Below, in pieces: positions 40,301-54,554 of a stretch of DNA of 64,000 nt (within the stretch, counting starts at the first letter, position 1; the number at the start of each line of letters is the position of its first letter). Made by a program: the position numbers and the translations under genes. This stretch comes from Antedon mediterranea (Eukaryota > Animalia > Echinodermata): NCBI RefSeq assembly GCF_964355755.1, contig NC_092670.1, positions 31,608,388 to 31,672,387 on the forward strand, written 5' to 3'. The notes below the pieces were generated by a model. The model was not told where the DNA came from. It searched no databases and saw only the letters and a list, made by a program, of their open reading frames with translations.

Positions 40301-40849
40301 TTGACCCGAGAGATGGAAAATTCCTCTTTACTATTTAGCAGGTAGCGGAATGATTCAGCCCTCAGCTCAGAGGATTGTGGTGCATTCCCCTCCTATAGCA
40401 CGTGGTTTCAGCAGCAACGCACAGACTTCTCTCTGAGCGGCGTGCCAAAGACATTTTTGACATTCCATTCTCTAGGAACAACACGTGTACCTCTCTCGCA
40501 AATAAGGTGAACAGCGATTGCCAGGACAAGTTCAATAACTGGCGGTGAATAAAAGGTAACTGATATGCCGATCCAATAACATGCCGCAAAGAAAAAAATT
40601 GCGACAGAATTCTGGAGCGCGTGTGAAAAAAGACTTACGTCCGACAATTGTAATACTAGGCCTAAAATTAAACTTTAGCTAATATGCTTAGCCCTAACCT
40701 AGATAAGAGGCCTATGTAGAAAATAATTTAATCAATTTTGATATAATAATAATTGGTGTAATATTTAATAATGATACACTATTCCTGTTTTAGTAAGCTA
40801 GGTATATTACGAACGATTTTTATTTATTGTTGTCCGTACTAATAAACCT

Positions 40850-42930
40850 GGCGCTAGTTTCCTTCGCTTGTATTTTTACTCCAAATTTGATAACTAACTT
40901 TATCGTGTGAATACCACACCTTAGAAGTATACCTCATGAGTACTTTAATGAAAGAATCACATAAAAAGTAACAAATAAATCCTTAAATTAATGATTTTAC
41001 AGGCGTGTTTCTCGCACACTGTTCGCGAATTTCACTTATTCAATGTTCAATATTTTTGTTTCTATGGAGCGCCAAAAGAGCAACGATAATAGAGGACTAA
41101 AACTCAGTGGAATGCGTCAATTTCTCATGCATTTATTGGTGAAAAACACGTTTCATTTCAATATATTTGTTAATTTGTCAATAAAAATGTTGTAATATGT
41201 TACTGCTGATACTGTTCTGTTTTCAAAGAATAATAATCGATCCTAAATCAACATCACTACCTAGTCTAGACCTAGGACATCCTACTAAGGATATTATGAT
41301 GAATTTTTCTATTTTATTCTTTAAAAGGTTAACGAAACCGTGTACATTATCAACAGTAACATTTTTCCTTACTGACAGTGACAAAATCTATTGAAATTGT
41401 ACTTGATTTTTACCAAATAATGCGTTAAATATAAATGGATTCCACAGAGTTTTTAGTTCCGGAATCCGGAAGTGCTGGGTGACGCCGCACTACATAACAT
41501 CAGGGAAAATAACATCAAATAGTCTTTTTCCACACTTTATTTGTTTCCAAATATTTATGTGAAGGTTTTAAGGATGTGTTTGGGAAGGTGTAGAAAGTCT
41601 TTAAACACAGGAAGTTTAAATGTTCGCAGTATTAGAAGCGATTTTCAGAAACGAGAACTAGCCAGCGATGCAGCTAAATACAAGCTTGACATTCTCGGGG
41701 TCCAATCGCACCACCTGGCGGGTAGCGATGTCATTCAAATCAGGCCTGACGATAACAAAGGCAGATATGATTTCTTCTATACTGGACCCGCAAACAACAC
41801 AAGACATGGCGTTGGAATTCTAGTTGAGAGCAGTTTTAAAGCAGAATTTAAGGAAATATCGGAGAGAGTAATTACAGCCCGAATTAACATAGAAAGTAGA
41901 GGAGGTAAGCCTGGGTCGAGGCGTATAGGCCAAAACCCAGGAATGTACTTTTCGTATGCGCATATGCACCTACTTTAGAACATAGTGAACAACAACCTTG
42001 GGATAGAGATAGGTTCTATGACGAAGTACAAGAAGCATTAAATGAAGCAAAAAACAGAGATATCCTAATATTAGCTGGAGATATGAATGCAAAAACGGGG
42101 GACAGCCATCATGATTACCCACAATGTGTAGGAAGATATGGTAAAGGAAAAACGAACAATAATGGAACTCAGCTAGTTGAATGTGCACTAAGAAATAATC
42201 TAGTACTAACAAATACCATGTTTAAACATAAGATGTCACATAGGACTACGTGGGAATGCCCGCAGAGACGCGATCAGCATAACGATCAGAAGAGTGGAGA
42301 GATCAGACGCAACCCCTACAGAAACCAGATCGATTACATTCTAGTTAAGAATTCACACATGAAGCTAGTCACTAACGCAAGAGCATACAGTGGTACGAGA
42401 ACATACCCTGATCATAGATTAGTCAAGACAACTTTAACACTACAATGGTATAAATTAAATAGTAACGCTAAGAAAACCAAACAAATAGATGTGTCAAAAC
42501 TTCAAGCACAACAAAACAGACAAACATATCAAAGAGAGGTATCGAGATGTATACAATCTTTAAACATCCAGGACCTGGAACCACAAGAGAAATGGACCAA
42601 ATTAACGACAGTCTTTCAGAATGTAGCATTGGAAGTGGTTGGTTACATTGTGGAAAGCGTAATGTCGGAATATGGAAAACCTTAGCAACAACAACAGAGT
42701 TTTTAGCCCTCTAATTAATTTTGCTCTTTTGGCGTTCCATAGAAACCAAAATATTGAACATTGAGTGTGCGAAATGCGAGAAAAATAACGTCTGTAAAAT
42801 CACCAATTTAATGGATTTATTGTTACTTTTATGTGATTTTTCTTCATTAAAGTAGGCCTACTAATTCTAAGCTGTGGTATTCAGGATAAAGTTGGTTAAA
42901 ATACAAGGCAGGTGCAAAAGGAAACTAGCC
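40850..42930. repeat. Diverged ~250-bp inverted repeat pair (about 40850-41106 and 42697-42930) bracketing the RTE fragment
   Basis: For example TTTCTATGGAGCGCCAAAAGAGCAA versus TTGCTCTTTTGGCGTTCCATAGAAA, and CACATAAAAAGTAACAAATAAATCC versus GGATTTATTGTTACTTTTATGTG. Confidence 0.6.
41541..42685 (+). mobile_element. RTE-clade LINE endonuclease fragment (no RT)
   Basis: GSLNVRSI, LDILGVQ, GVGILV, ISERVI, GDMNAKTG, NNNG..LVE, LTNTMFKHK, NQIDYIL, DHRLV; frameshift near 41960. Confidence 0.85.
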
Positions 42931-43321
42931 TAGCGGGCCTAGGCCTAGGCTACTTCAATTTCGGTGATTTCCTGCCTTGCAATTTTGAGAAATGATAAAA
43001 TGATGCCTCGCATTTTTTGATGATGGTAAAACGATGCCTCGCATAAATTTCTGACTTGCCTCGCATGCCTTCCCTGCCACGCGTGCCTCGCTGCCTCGCA
43101 CTTTGTTACTACCCGCCAGAATGCATCAGAGGGGGGTTTTCTTGACACCAAGTATTTTGCGAGCGCAGCGAGCAACTGTAGGCTGGGGGCCAGGGGGCCG
43201 CCAAGGGCCCCCGGTCGGGGTCGAGGGGGCGAAGGCCCCTGGAAGCTTTGGCTCTCAGAGCAATTTCGGTTGTTTTAATAAGCTTACAGAGACATTTTTT
43301 ACCTACTAAAATCTGAGTTAT

Positions 43322-44789
43322 CTGGGGCGGATCCAGACATTTTTTGAGAGGGGTGAGGGGGGGGGGGGTCCGCCGATAAAAAGGGCACATCAGATATTGA
43401 GTATTTGAGCCACAGCCCCCCCATGGTTGGGGGTTGTGGCGAAGCGAATTTTGTTACAGGACACACTTAGATGGCCGGAAATGGCACTCTCGCACGCAAA
43501 ATCCATGATAAATGGCACCTTTCTAGTTCGCCGGAAATGACACTTTATTAGCAGGGATAACGATGCAAAATTAAAAGTTGTTATTTTTCAACCAATTTAA
43601 ACATTATCTGTTGGTATTTTGTTTCAATATTCCAATAAAGAAAGAATTACGAAAATCTGACTTGTGGTTTTCGAAATATAGGGTCTAAAACATTTCCGAA
43701 AATGATCGTTTTTAGTCACGAACGTTGTGAACAAATTGCGCCATTTTTCGCTAAAATAATTACATATAATTACGTTTTATAGTAATTTCTTTTATATATC
43801 AACATTGGAAATATCAATAAAATATGTTATTAAATGTTTATAAAATATATAGAGTTGTTTATTTAACGGAATTCGTACAAATTCATTGCTCTAAATTTGT
43901 GTAGTACCGTTCAGTACAGAGAGATCACGTGACTTCTTGGTACACGCGAGAGAAAACATTCCGCTGTGGGTGATTCGCGTCCACCAATCAAATAGCCAGA
44001 ATCCAAAATCATTCAACCGTGAGCTCTGCCGATCGCGGGAAAGTTCAGCTTTGATTGGCTTACGATGACATCATATCACAAAATGGTGGTTTTGAAGTTG
44101 AGCCTCACGTAATTTTCACAAATATTGATTCAAAAATTAACCTTCTTTATGGTATGTGTGATTTTTCTTTAAAAGATTTGAATAATAAAGGCTTCATATC
44201 GAGAAAAAAAACATTTTTTTGGCACTTATAATAAATATTTCTCAGAGAAAAAAGCACATGGCTTGTAGAACTATATTATCTTGGCGTAGGAAGACAAACA
44301 AATCCCAGGTCATGAGAGGCTCAACTACAAAAACAAGGTTGAATAGTGTAAGGATGAACAAATACTCAAAAGAATTATGTTTACAGTCCAATTATTTTCA
44401 GAATAATAATACATAAAAATGTGTTTACCAATAGACAAATAATCGCGTCAATGACATAGCGCGCATGGTAACGTACGCGGAGTTGAATCGTAAAAAGTTT
44501 ACATGCGCCCTCGGTAGTATGTGAAACGATCTATTTTTAGAAGTTTAAGTAGAGATCATCACGCGTCACCACCTCTCACGATGCTCTTTGATCGGCCGCC
44601 GTAACTTAACATCGCGCTCATTGTGATAAATTTCTGTTTTTATTTTTGGGGTTAGTGTAGCCTACTCTGTGCATACTAATATACACACAAATATGTCACA
44701 CGAATAAATATTTGAACCTCTAAAAAAGGGCACCCTTAAAATTTAGGGGGGTACGGACCCCGTGGACCCCCCCTCTGGATCCGCCCCAG
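43322..44789. mobile_element. Second non-autonomous DNA transposon with 5-bp TSD (hAT5-like)
   Basis: TIR CTGGGGCGGATCCAGA / TCTGGATCCGCCCCAG; TSD GTTAT (43317-43321, 44790-44794); shares the internal GAAGCxAATTTTGTTA..TAGATGGCCGGAAA block with 29828-30864. Confidence 0.85.
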
Positions 44790-44931
44790 GTTATGCAGAT
44801 AAATTATATAGTACAGTATTATGGAAGTTAGTAGTACTGATCATGAAATACAGCTTTATTGTTGCAAAAAAGTATATTATATTAGGCCCTTAAATAATTT
44901 CTTATCCTATAAACATAAAAAACAAATAGTA

Positions 44932-46009
44932 CCGTATATTTCGGTGTACAAGTTGCACCTGTGTATAAGACGCACCCATAACGGAGACTGAAATATTAGT
45001 ATTTTTTATGTAGTCGATGCATAAGACGCACTTATTCTAGGCCGAAATTTAAACATTTTACAATCAAAACAATGGTATTTTAATAATAAAACAACGATAT
45101 TTGAGACATATTTATTAGAATCAAATGATATAATTTTGTTTGATTGCCTTTATTACATCGTAACAGTCTCTACTTCAACTGAACGTTCAATGAAAAGGGA
45201 AATCCCCATATTGTTTCAGTTACGATGCACTGTGTGGGTAGGGCTAGCCTATGTCTATTTAAGTAACTTTAATTTCATATTATTTAAATATATACCTTCT
45301 TATTGTGTGTATGACCATTAAAATGATGTTCAGTTTTTTGGGCTGATAATGAACCAGGAATATCAGGATGGGTAGGCCTATATGAAAATCTTTCCTATTT
45401 CCATGCATGCATTACAGCAATATGAGGAGAGGAGAACACTAACCATGTGCTCCTTGTGATCAGCACTGTTGGCCATATACACTATGAGATTAGGGGAAGC
45501 TACTTAACACAATAACAACACACTCTTTTAGATATCGCTTGACATACGAACTATTGCCTACATGATTATAACATTATGTGACTGTTGACATAGAGATGTA
45601 ATAAAAATAAACCACCGTGATCAAGGGAAATAGTTATTGTGTAATTAAAATGTGACACCACCGTAATTAATGGACTCTTCCATAAATGTGTTGCGCTGTG
45701 ATGCTGCATGCTGCTAGAATACACACCCGCGAGTTCAGAGAGTATTACTAGGCCTGGCTAGAATATCTAATGCGTACTGTAATATTAATTAATACAGTCG
45801 AGGATGACAATTTACCTTAACTAAAAATTCAATAAACTTGTTACCACACTGTGGTTAGACAGGAGTGAGTAACTAGCTAGGCCTACATTGCAGAGTAGTA
45901 CACTATTTTTAATTAATTTAAGTATTAGTAGGTAATTAAATTAATTAGGGTAACATTTAGAGGTCAAATTTGCGTGTCAAAAGTGCGTCTTATATACCGA
46001 AATATACGG
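44932..46009. mobile_element. Tc1/mariner-superfamily (pogo/Tc2-like) MITE
   Basis: TA|CCGTATATTTCGGTGTACAAGTTGCAC ... GTGCGTCTTATATACCGAAATATACGG|TA. Confidence 0.8.
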
Positions 46010-47012
46010 TAGGCCTACGTACACATACCAATTTAACTCAGCACCATTTTTATTCAAGTTTACACAGTGAAATTCTTTGGTTTAATGAAAAATATTTCCA
46101 GGAAAAAAATAAAAATCCCCAAAAAGATTGAACTGAACTGAACGTGATCTTGTGCGTTCCGAAAAGCCCGGCCGAAGCACGCGATTGGTCAGTCCATTTT
46201 TCATATTTATAACCATCATCTCTCAACAATCTCTCGATCTCACGCTCAGCAGTGACTTTGACATCGGACAATCTGTATATTCGATCGATTTAAACATAGT
46301 CAATAGAAGTAAAATGACCAAAAAATCTGCTATAATTGATAATTAATTGCACGATTTTGGAAGTGGGGCCTTTGTTTTTCAAGGGGGGTTCGCTGGTAAA
46401 AGGGGGGTTCGCGCAAAAGTGGGGTTCGCCCGAACCCCAAAAAAACCCCTTGGCTACGGGCCTGATCATTGTAAATTGTCAACAGACACTGTGCTACAGA
46501 CAGTGTACCGTGTGTTAAAAGTACAGCATTTATAGCAGACAACAACGTGTATAACTTGCTATAGTTTTACAGATAGCACCTATGGACAGTAGCAGAATCG
46601 GGTGAGTAGGCAGTATTAGTGCTGCGATAAACACAATATACAGCATCTTCTTCATTATGTCGATATGTATGCCTATAAATTTCACAATATTGACGATAAA
46701 TTATAGAAAAAATATTTGCTTCTCTATAAATGAGAATACCTGTAGGCCTACTCACTTTTAACTTTACAGATACATCACCGTATATGTAAATTTAGATTTT
46801 TCTCATCCCATCCGCCGGGGAAACGAAAACAGATAACTCGAAATAAGAGACCTCAACTGAAAATTATGGTGAAAGCGGTTTATAAAGGGGTCTCAGAGAC
46901 CCCATCACAAATTCTGAACAGCACTTTATAATGTATATAAGTTCTACGTTTTAGCGGGAGTTTCTATTTCGGGTTTTCGAAAACAGAAAACGTATATTGA
47001 GAACCTGAAAAA

Positions 47013-47945
47013 CTTAAATTGGGTTAAAAACCAATAGCATTTTCCCACTGTTTTTATTTAAAAAAAATAATTCAGGGTTGATTAAAATCTATGACATAAT
47101 CAACTTTAACAAATTGAAAACTTCTAATAACGTTGTGCAAAAACTCTTTGATACTATATACGTCACTTATTATTGACAATTTAGCATTTAAGGCATAGCA
47201 TGCAATGTAGTAAACAAATACGATGAAGATGTTAGATTACATTATAATTTATTAGTGGCCCAAGTTCTGTATACGAAACCCGTTCGGGAACTACAATTTA
47301 AAGGTAATAATAAGTGGCAAAACTATAGAAAATCATTCATTTCATTTCATTTCATTTCATTTATTTCAATATCATTATCGCAGCCTTAGCTGAATTACAA
47401 AGATATTTACATTTGTTCAATATTAAAATTTGTAAAAAAGTATAAAACCAATGATAAAAAAATATAAAAAAGGAGGAAATTTACACAAGAAATACAATAC
47501 AGGAACATTCAAAAAGTTTAGCTTAAAATATTAAAATAAAAATCATATAAGAATTGAACCATGGACCTTCGAATGTATAGGTCAATGATTATGTTACGTC
47601 AGGACAAAACAGTACGGTAAAGGTAAAAGAATAAATGTTTAAACCAATCGGTAAAATAAAAAACAGTAAAAAATTATTGCAATTATTGAATACTCACTGC
47701 TTCTTCAAAGAAAATGTTGCTGATGAGTTGAGCAAAATGTTGCTACTGAAATAATTCATTAATAATTAATTACTTATATATCTTCTCATTACAATGAGGG
47801 CATTGTTATTTTATTTTATATTTAATATTACTGTTTGGATTAATTTAATGCTATGTGCAAATTACATGAATAATGGAATAGAAGAATATTGCATGTAATA
47901 ATTTATTTCAGTTGTCGTGTACTGATAAAATAACCTAACCACGAA
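47013..47945 (+). repeat. Local segmental duplication, copy 1 (copy 2 at about 60829-61490)
   Basis: Collinear similarity starting TTAAATTGGGTTAAAAACCAAT; a further shared block at about 51385-51468 versus 61574-61640. Confidence 0.75.
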
Positions 47946-48393
47946 AAAGGCGTCTAAGTGCCATCCACGTGGCGGCTTGTGAAGATAATAATAATATCTA
48001 GTCAAGTCGACATAATATTCATGTTTTTGTCGACATAATATATTTAAATTACAGTTTTCAGGTGGTAAAATATATATTTATTCGATCCAATTTTTGATCG
48101 ATGTGGATAACTATTATGTGTTTGTCTATGGTGTACTTGCTACCCGAAATATAATATGAAACAAGAGAATATAAATTTCGATTTTCTGATGATGATATTG
48201 GTGAGGTAAAACGTAATTACAGTACGGATCTGCTCTCCGGTGTTTGCTGCTGAACTTCCTGAACTCATTGGAAATGATATTGATAATTAATAATACCATG
48301 CTAAATTCTTTTGATGAAAGTACACAACTGTTAGTTCAATTTGGACGTGGATTTTATATGGTATATTTCTGTTTTCATTGCGGTACAAAATCA

Positions 48394-50530
48394 GAATATG
48401 ATAAAAAGTTACTTCTATATGATCCAATATAGTGTCAAGTTTGTAAGATGATATCGGTACTTACATTTCCAGAGAACTTGACTTCGCCTACTAACAGCAA
48501 GGCATAATCATAAGTGAATACGTTCTGGTGACGTAGCGGTGACGGTGACACGGTTGAAAGGAGCCATTGTGAAGTTTACCGCTTGGAGTTATCCAAGCGA
48601 TGTGCGGGGGTCGGTATCTTTACGTTTTAGAATGTGCGATAGTTCATATGCTCCTTCATCTCTATTCATATTATTAGGGTGTAATCTTATATGTATCGCT
48701 TCTTTTATTTTTCTTGTGTTCCATTCAGTTTCTTTTGCTAAGATTTTGATGTTGTTCCAATTGGGTGTGTGACCAAGAGTCGCCATATGATCCGTGATAG
48801 CCGGGCTGTGAAACTTTTCTGACGCCGACTTTCTGCTTGATCTGGTTGAAACACCTTTGCATTGTTCTACAACTTCTGTTTTGTGTTCTTTAATCCTGGT
48901 CTCCAGCGCTCGTCCTGTTTCTCCAACATACATGCTATCGCAGTTATGACAGTTCACTTGATATACAACACCACACGTGTCTTCTTTTTTAATTTTGTCT
49001 TTTGGGTGTACTAACTGGTCTGGTCTTAACTTGTTTTCAGGAATAAATTATGTGTTAATGTTATGTTCTTTTAGGCATCTTCGTATTCTTTCCGACATAT
49101 TTGGGATATATGGAATTCCAATACTTTTTGTTTTTCTATGTTTTCATTCTTTTCTGCTTTGTCGTTCTGTTTTTTGTTTTTTAAATTTTTGTTAACACAC
49201 CACTTGGGATATTCACATGTAGATAGAGCAGTTCTTATGATTTTAACTTCATTCTCTTGCTCTTTCTGCGTGGAAACAACACTCAATTTATGTTGTAATG
49301 GGTGACATGAATGAAAGTGTAAATATTGGTTGGTATGAGTAGGTTTTCTGTAAACTGATGAGTGAAATGGAGACGTCTAAGAAAGGTATAGTGTTATTAG
49401 TCATATGTTCTGTTGTGAAAGTAATGTTGTGTGTGGGATCAATTGAGTTAAGATGATAATTAAGGTTGTCAGCAGCTTCTTCTGGAACAACTGCTAACAC
49501 GTCATCTACGTATCTTTTCCATATCAATGGCTTAATTTCTGTATTAGCTGTTTTGAGTGCTTCCTCTTCTAGCCATTCTAAAAACAGGTTTACCACAATA
49601 GGGCTCACTGGGCTTCCCATCGCAACACCTTCTATTTGTTTATAGAAGTATCCGTTGAAGCTGAAATAGGTGGTATTTATCAGAAGGGACAGAAATTCTA
49701 AAATGTCAACGACGGAGAGATTTGTACGTTCTTTTAAGTCATCAACATTTTCTAGTTTTATTCGTATGATTTTTAATGCTAATTCTGTGGGTGTCTTGGT
49801 GAATAGGGATACAACATCGTACGAGACAAATGTGTAGTTCTGTGGGACATTTAACGTCGCAAGTTTAACTTTACTAAGTCTTTGGAGTTTTTTACATGAT
49901 GTATAGTGTTTCCAACTAGAGGCTCTAAAATATCGGCAAGGCTTTTTCCTAAGTCATAGTATATGGAGTTGATGCAGTCAACAATAGGACGAAGCGGTAC
50001 ATTCATTTTGTGTACTGTTGGAAGGCAGTAAATTCGTGGTGTTACTTCTGCTGTAGGGAATAATATTCTTTTTTGCTTTGGTGTTATTTTCTCTTCTTGT
50101 TTTAGTCTATTTAGGATGGCAACGAGTTTCCTTTTATACTTTTGTGTAGGATTATTGTGTAGTTTTTCATATACTGTTATATCATTCAGCATTGTTTTCG
50201 TTTTATCTTCGTATTCTTTCTTATCTAAAATTACAGTTGCTCTTCCTTTGTCGGCAGGCAATATTATTATGTCTTTATCTTCCTTTAGTGATTTCAAAGC
50301 TATTCGTTCATGTCTGTTAATGTTACTAGGTAGACGTTATTATTGACGTCATCTTCCCTCTTATTCTATCTTTTTCGACATTAGGAACTAGTTTAGCAGC
50401 TTGTAACGGAAAAATTCAAACCCTTTTCGAGTAGGGAGATCTCCAAGTTCTCTGGAAATGTAAGTACCGATATCATCTTACAAACTTGACACTATTATTG
50501 GATCATATAGAAATAACTTTTTATCACATT
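48394..50530 (-). mobile_element. Penelope-like element (RT + GIY-YIG), frameshifted, with inverted terminal segment
   Basis: PADKG, PLRPIV, SYDVVSLFT, GVAMGSPVSP, WKRYVDD, PFLDV (RT); GVVY..C..C...YVGETGR...RIKEH...MNRDEG (GIY-YIG); ~87-bp inverted repeat 48394-48480 versus 50444-50530. Confidence 0.92.
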
Positions 50531-51864
50531 ACATTATCAGATCCAAATGAACTTATTTAATAAAATCAGAATATTTGTTTAAATTAAATAATAATTTAAC
50601 AGACACTAGATTAATTAAAATTAAATGAATATAGTATATAAATAAATACAAATAATATAATAATTAAAACACATCAAATACAAAATAAATACAAATAAAA
50701 GATATCACTGAATAGCGATAGAAATTTTTGCCGCAATGAATGAAGCATATGTACGAAATAGGTCTATAATTATTTAGAATCCATCCATTATTTATTTATT
50801 TATCCATAATTTATAATCTGTTATTTTTAGCAGATGCTAGATAGTTATTAAATAAATATAGCATATAAATAAATACAAATAATAATTAAAACAAATAAAA
50901 TACAAAAAAAGATGTCATTGAAAAGCAATATAACTTTTCGCCACACCTGGCCTTGAATTCGAATGAGGCCTATAATTATTTAGAATCCATCTATTATTTA
51001 TAAACACGGCATCTTGTCGATTTTCTTTCAAGTTATAGTATTGCTAATGCTTTCTAGTGAGCTTTGTAGCGTTTAAATAAATACAAATCCTAATAATTTA
51101 ATTAAATACAAATAAAAGACACTGTCACAGTCACTGAGAAGCAATAGAACTTTTTGCCACACCTGGCTTTTAAAATTCAATTCAATGAAACAAATGCTAA
51201 TGTCCTACGGAAACTGTTGAATATTGTTATAAGTTGAATAGAAACAAAATGGATGAAATTTTTAGTGAAGTGAACTTGGCAAGATAATCTATCTCTTCAT
51301 GTCGACATGTAAGCAATCGAACTTAGCAACAAAACGTTCTTAAAACTAGTTTAGACATTAATTTGCCTCTCTGTTTTCTATGTATAGTTTGTTGAAGAAG
51401 TACGATGACAGGAGAACAATTGGCGGTGAAAAACGTTGGCTAAATCGATCCAAAGCGACATTTAGAAAAGCAAGTACTGATGACCGCAAATATTGTACAA
51501 TGCTAAGAGTCTATGTTAAATACTGTAGTCTACAAATAACCGTTAAAAGGTAACTATATAAAATAGACTGTACAAAATAGAAGTAAGCTTTAAATTTCAT
51601 TATGGTAGAATCAATCATCGTGTCTCCCAAAAAAGAAGGCAGTCATAGTTCCCTTCACACTGATCTGATGCGTTGGGTATTTACATAAACGCTACAGTAT
51701 ACAGTATACAGTATAATATACTACATGATTACTGTCTCCATCGAGTAAATATAAATAGTTTATTTAAATGAACTAATTGAAAAATGAAACAGAGAAGTTA
51801 CAGTTCACCTGTAGTAAATCATCGTTCTCCATCATGCCGTCCTTTTACATATAGTAGCATTTTA

Positions 51865-52027
51865 AAGTTCTGTCTACACTATCAAACTAGTTAGACAAAA
51901 ATTGTGCGATGTGCCCAAATATGGTAGCGATATATCTAAATATGGTAGTAATATGACATAATCATCATCATATGGGAACATCACATTCTTTTGTCAAATA
52001 AAATGTGATGGCTCTAGACAGAGCCTT
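51865..52027. mobile_element. Short MITE with imperfect TIRs
   Basis: AAGTTCTGTCTACAC ... TAGACAGAGCCTT with internal AAATATGGTAG repeats. Confidence 0.45.
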
Positions 52028-52444
52028 GTACAAGTTAAATTTTTTTTTCACAGATTACTTTTTTAAACTTAACGGAAATATTTTTAATAAGTATGGCCTG
52101 GACACACGGTATTAATTCAGAGACCCTGGAAAATCTTATAAACGTACTACAAAAGAAAGCATTAGTTTTGGATCTTTGGTCTATGCATTCCATACGAGTA
52201 CACGAGTTTTAGTTCAAATGAATTTAATGTGCAAACAGACCTTTAGGCCAATTAAACCTATGACTAGGTTCATATTCACACAATTCCATCTGAAACCCAC
52301 TGAAAAGAATACAAACACGAACAAAAATATATGATAGTACAGTTATCATGCAATCGTATCCATTTATTACTTTTTATTTTTTAGGTGAAATTCACTGAAT
52401 ATTTGTAAAAATCATGAACTACAATCTAATTTTATATTCATGTT

Positions 52445-52784
52445 CTAATAATTATTCTGTGGAAGTTTGCAAACATAACCTTGTACAGCGTTACATTGTT
52501 TATCATCCCATATCGTCTGTAAACCACTTCGGTTCCATACTGTAACGCAGTCTTGGTTGCCACTATGATTGTCAGGTTGATTTCGATCCCAGTTTGTATA
52601 AGTTGCCAACTGATTAGTGTCGCTCCATCTCCATGTACCCTCGTATCTTGCATCGGTCAAACCAATCCAGTAGGTGGCATACGGTTCACGTGTTACCAAT
52701 CCGTCAGTAGCTGAATTCCAAAGTCTTGAAACAAATTCGTTTTCTTCCTTACTCCGAATGGACACAAGATGTCCCTTTGCAATC
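52445..52784 (-). CDS. Secreted C-type lectin, last coding exon
   Basis: Acceptor TTCAAAG|G; IAKGHLVSI...YWIGLTD..EGTWRWSD...WDRNQPDN...DC...WDDKQC....YVCK. QPD indicates a galactose-type Ca2+ site. Confidence 0.92.
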
Positions 52785-53542
52785 CTTTGAATAAAAAGGT
52801 TATTTTACTTTATTTGTAGACATTAATACAAATTAAACCTTATTCCGTTTGGACTTCGATCATCATCCTGAAAATGGTCCATTAAAGATCGAAACGTTGA
52901 ATCAGGACTTTCCTACTGTATTTAAAGTATGTTTATACTATTTTATTAAACATTAATATTCACTTTTTTTTGTCTTGTGTGAGTTTACGTTTATATAAAT
53001 TCTCAGTTAGGAATATATTGTATACAGTAGATATGTACATTTGTGACAATTAAAGTAAGTGTTTAAAGTAGTTAAAATACAGGTATATTTACATAATAAG
53101 ATTCTTGAATTAAGTATTAAACATATTTGTTTTCATTTAAAACTTTAGATACGATGTTAATTAAAATGTAAAAATGAAAGATGGCGGTAAAATAAATACA
53201 TTAATATTCACTAGTCAAAATTGAGCAAAGCTTTGTATTCATCCACCTTATTTATAAGATTGAATTTAAGAACAACTATGTAATTGTTAAAAAGTAAAGT
53301 ATAATAATAAAGAACTTCAAAAATAACTGAGATTATTGGTGTTTTGTGACACTCACGAGCAAAGTTATTTCCATTGATAAAGTATATTTATAAATAAATA
53401 TTAAATCATGTATTATTAGTCTATTTCCATCTAAAGTTGCGTCCAAGATATTACCATTTTAAACAAAATTATTTAAGAAGCATTTGTTGGTCGAGGCATA
53501 ATTGTAGGCCTGATTTTATCGAAATAATTTTGTTATACTAAC

Positions 53543-53718
53543 CAGGTTGTGAAACTTTGGCATTTGTTCTCAGCTGCTGTCCAAGTTAATGTTTCCGCAA
53601 AGATTCGGTAGCAATTGCCTAGGTAAGGAACCCAAAAGATAGGACATGGTTGACATGACTCTGCAGTAGGCAGTGCTGCAGCGATGAGCAGAAACATAGC
53701 AACAATCGTTACCTTCAT
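53543..53718 (-). CDS. Secreted C-type lectin, first coding exon (signal peptide); spliced product 171 aa
   Basis: MKVTIVAMFLLIAAALPTAES signal, CP..W..Y.GNCY....LTW..AE..C; phase-2 donor TG|GTTAGT compatible with the downstream exon. Confidence 0.92.
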
Positions 53719-54554
53719 TTTAAGTTTGTGAAAGCCTATACATAAAAAAAAAATCCAGATATAATTATTTGATAAGCAAACATAGAGCCTATACTACTCA
53801 TTCTTTATTAAAGCAACATGTATTAATTTTCAGGTTTTAGGCAAAATAGAATATTGCATTCAACACTCAAAACATAAAATTGGAGTGATGTTGGATTAAA
53901 GAAGGTGAAAATAAATAAAATTGTTAAAAATGTTGAAAAATGTGAAAAATAATTAAAAAAAACAAAAAAAAACAGTTACATTGATAGATGTTAAAAATTG
54001 CTGAAAATGTTGAAAAATTTGTAAAAACCTTTATTTTGCATCCAAGTATTAATATCTACTGTCAAAATAACGAAAAACTATGAATATGAGTTAGTGTTTA
54101 CCGACCGACCAACCGACCGAAATTGCTGAAAATGTTAACAATTGTTGAAACAATGTTAAAAACATTTATATTTGCCTATAAGTATTAATATCCACTGTCA
54201 AAATTACGATAAAAATATTAATTTAAGTTATTGTTTACCGAAATTTAATGTTTACCGACCGACCGACATAGTGATAGAATCTAACTTGAAATTTATGAGT
54301 ACCAAATTTTATAATCATGAAGTATGTTATACTGTAGAACACTACGTTATGTAAATACCCAACGCATCAGTATGACTATTTCTTTTTCATACTTTACATT
54401 ATCAAAGGTTATCAAAAGTTTATAAACAAAACTAAAAATCTAAAATGTCTGTGTTTTAAAATAATATTTCTTCAAAACTACGTAAGTTGTCAGAATGTTG
54501 CCTGGTCAATGCTGTTATGAACTTAACACCGGAATTATGCCTGAATAATAAAAA

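Larger units (their letters stand above)
39829..43114. mobile_element. Non-autonomous DNA transposon (hAT-like) with GCGAGGCA subterminal repeats
   Basis: ACAAAGTGCGAGGCA at 39839 and its reverse complement at 43092-43106, with repeated GCGAGGCA / TGCCTCGC motifs; no clean TSD seen. Confidence 0.55.

Noticed and set aside
52866-52908. Hammerhead ribozyme in the lectin intron (CTGAAAA-TGGTC..GATC-GAAACGTT)
   Set aside because: The core is CUGAAAA rather than CUGANGA and there is no convincing stem III or cleavage triplet; at best a dead relic.
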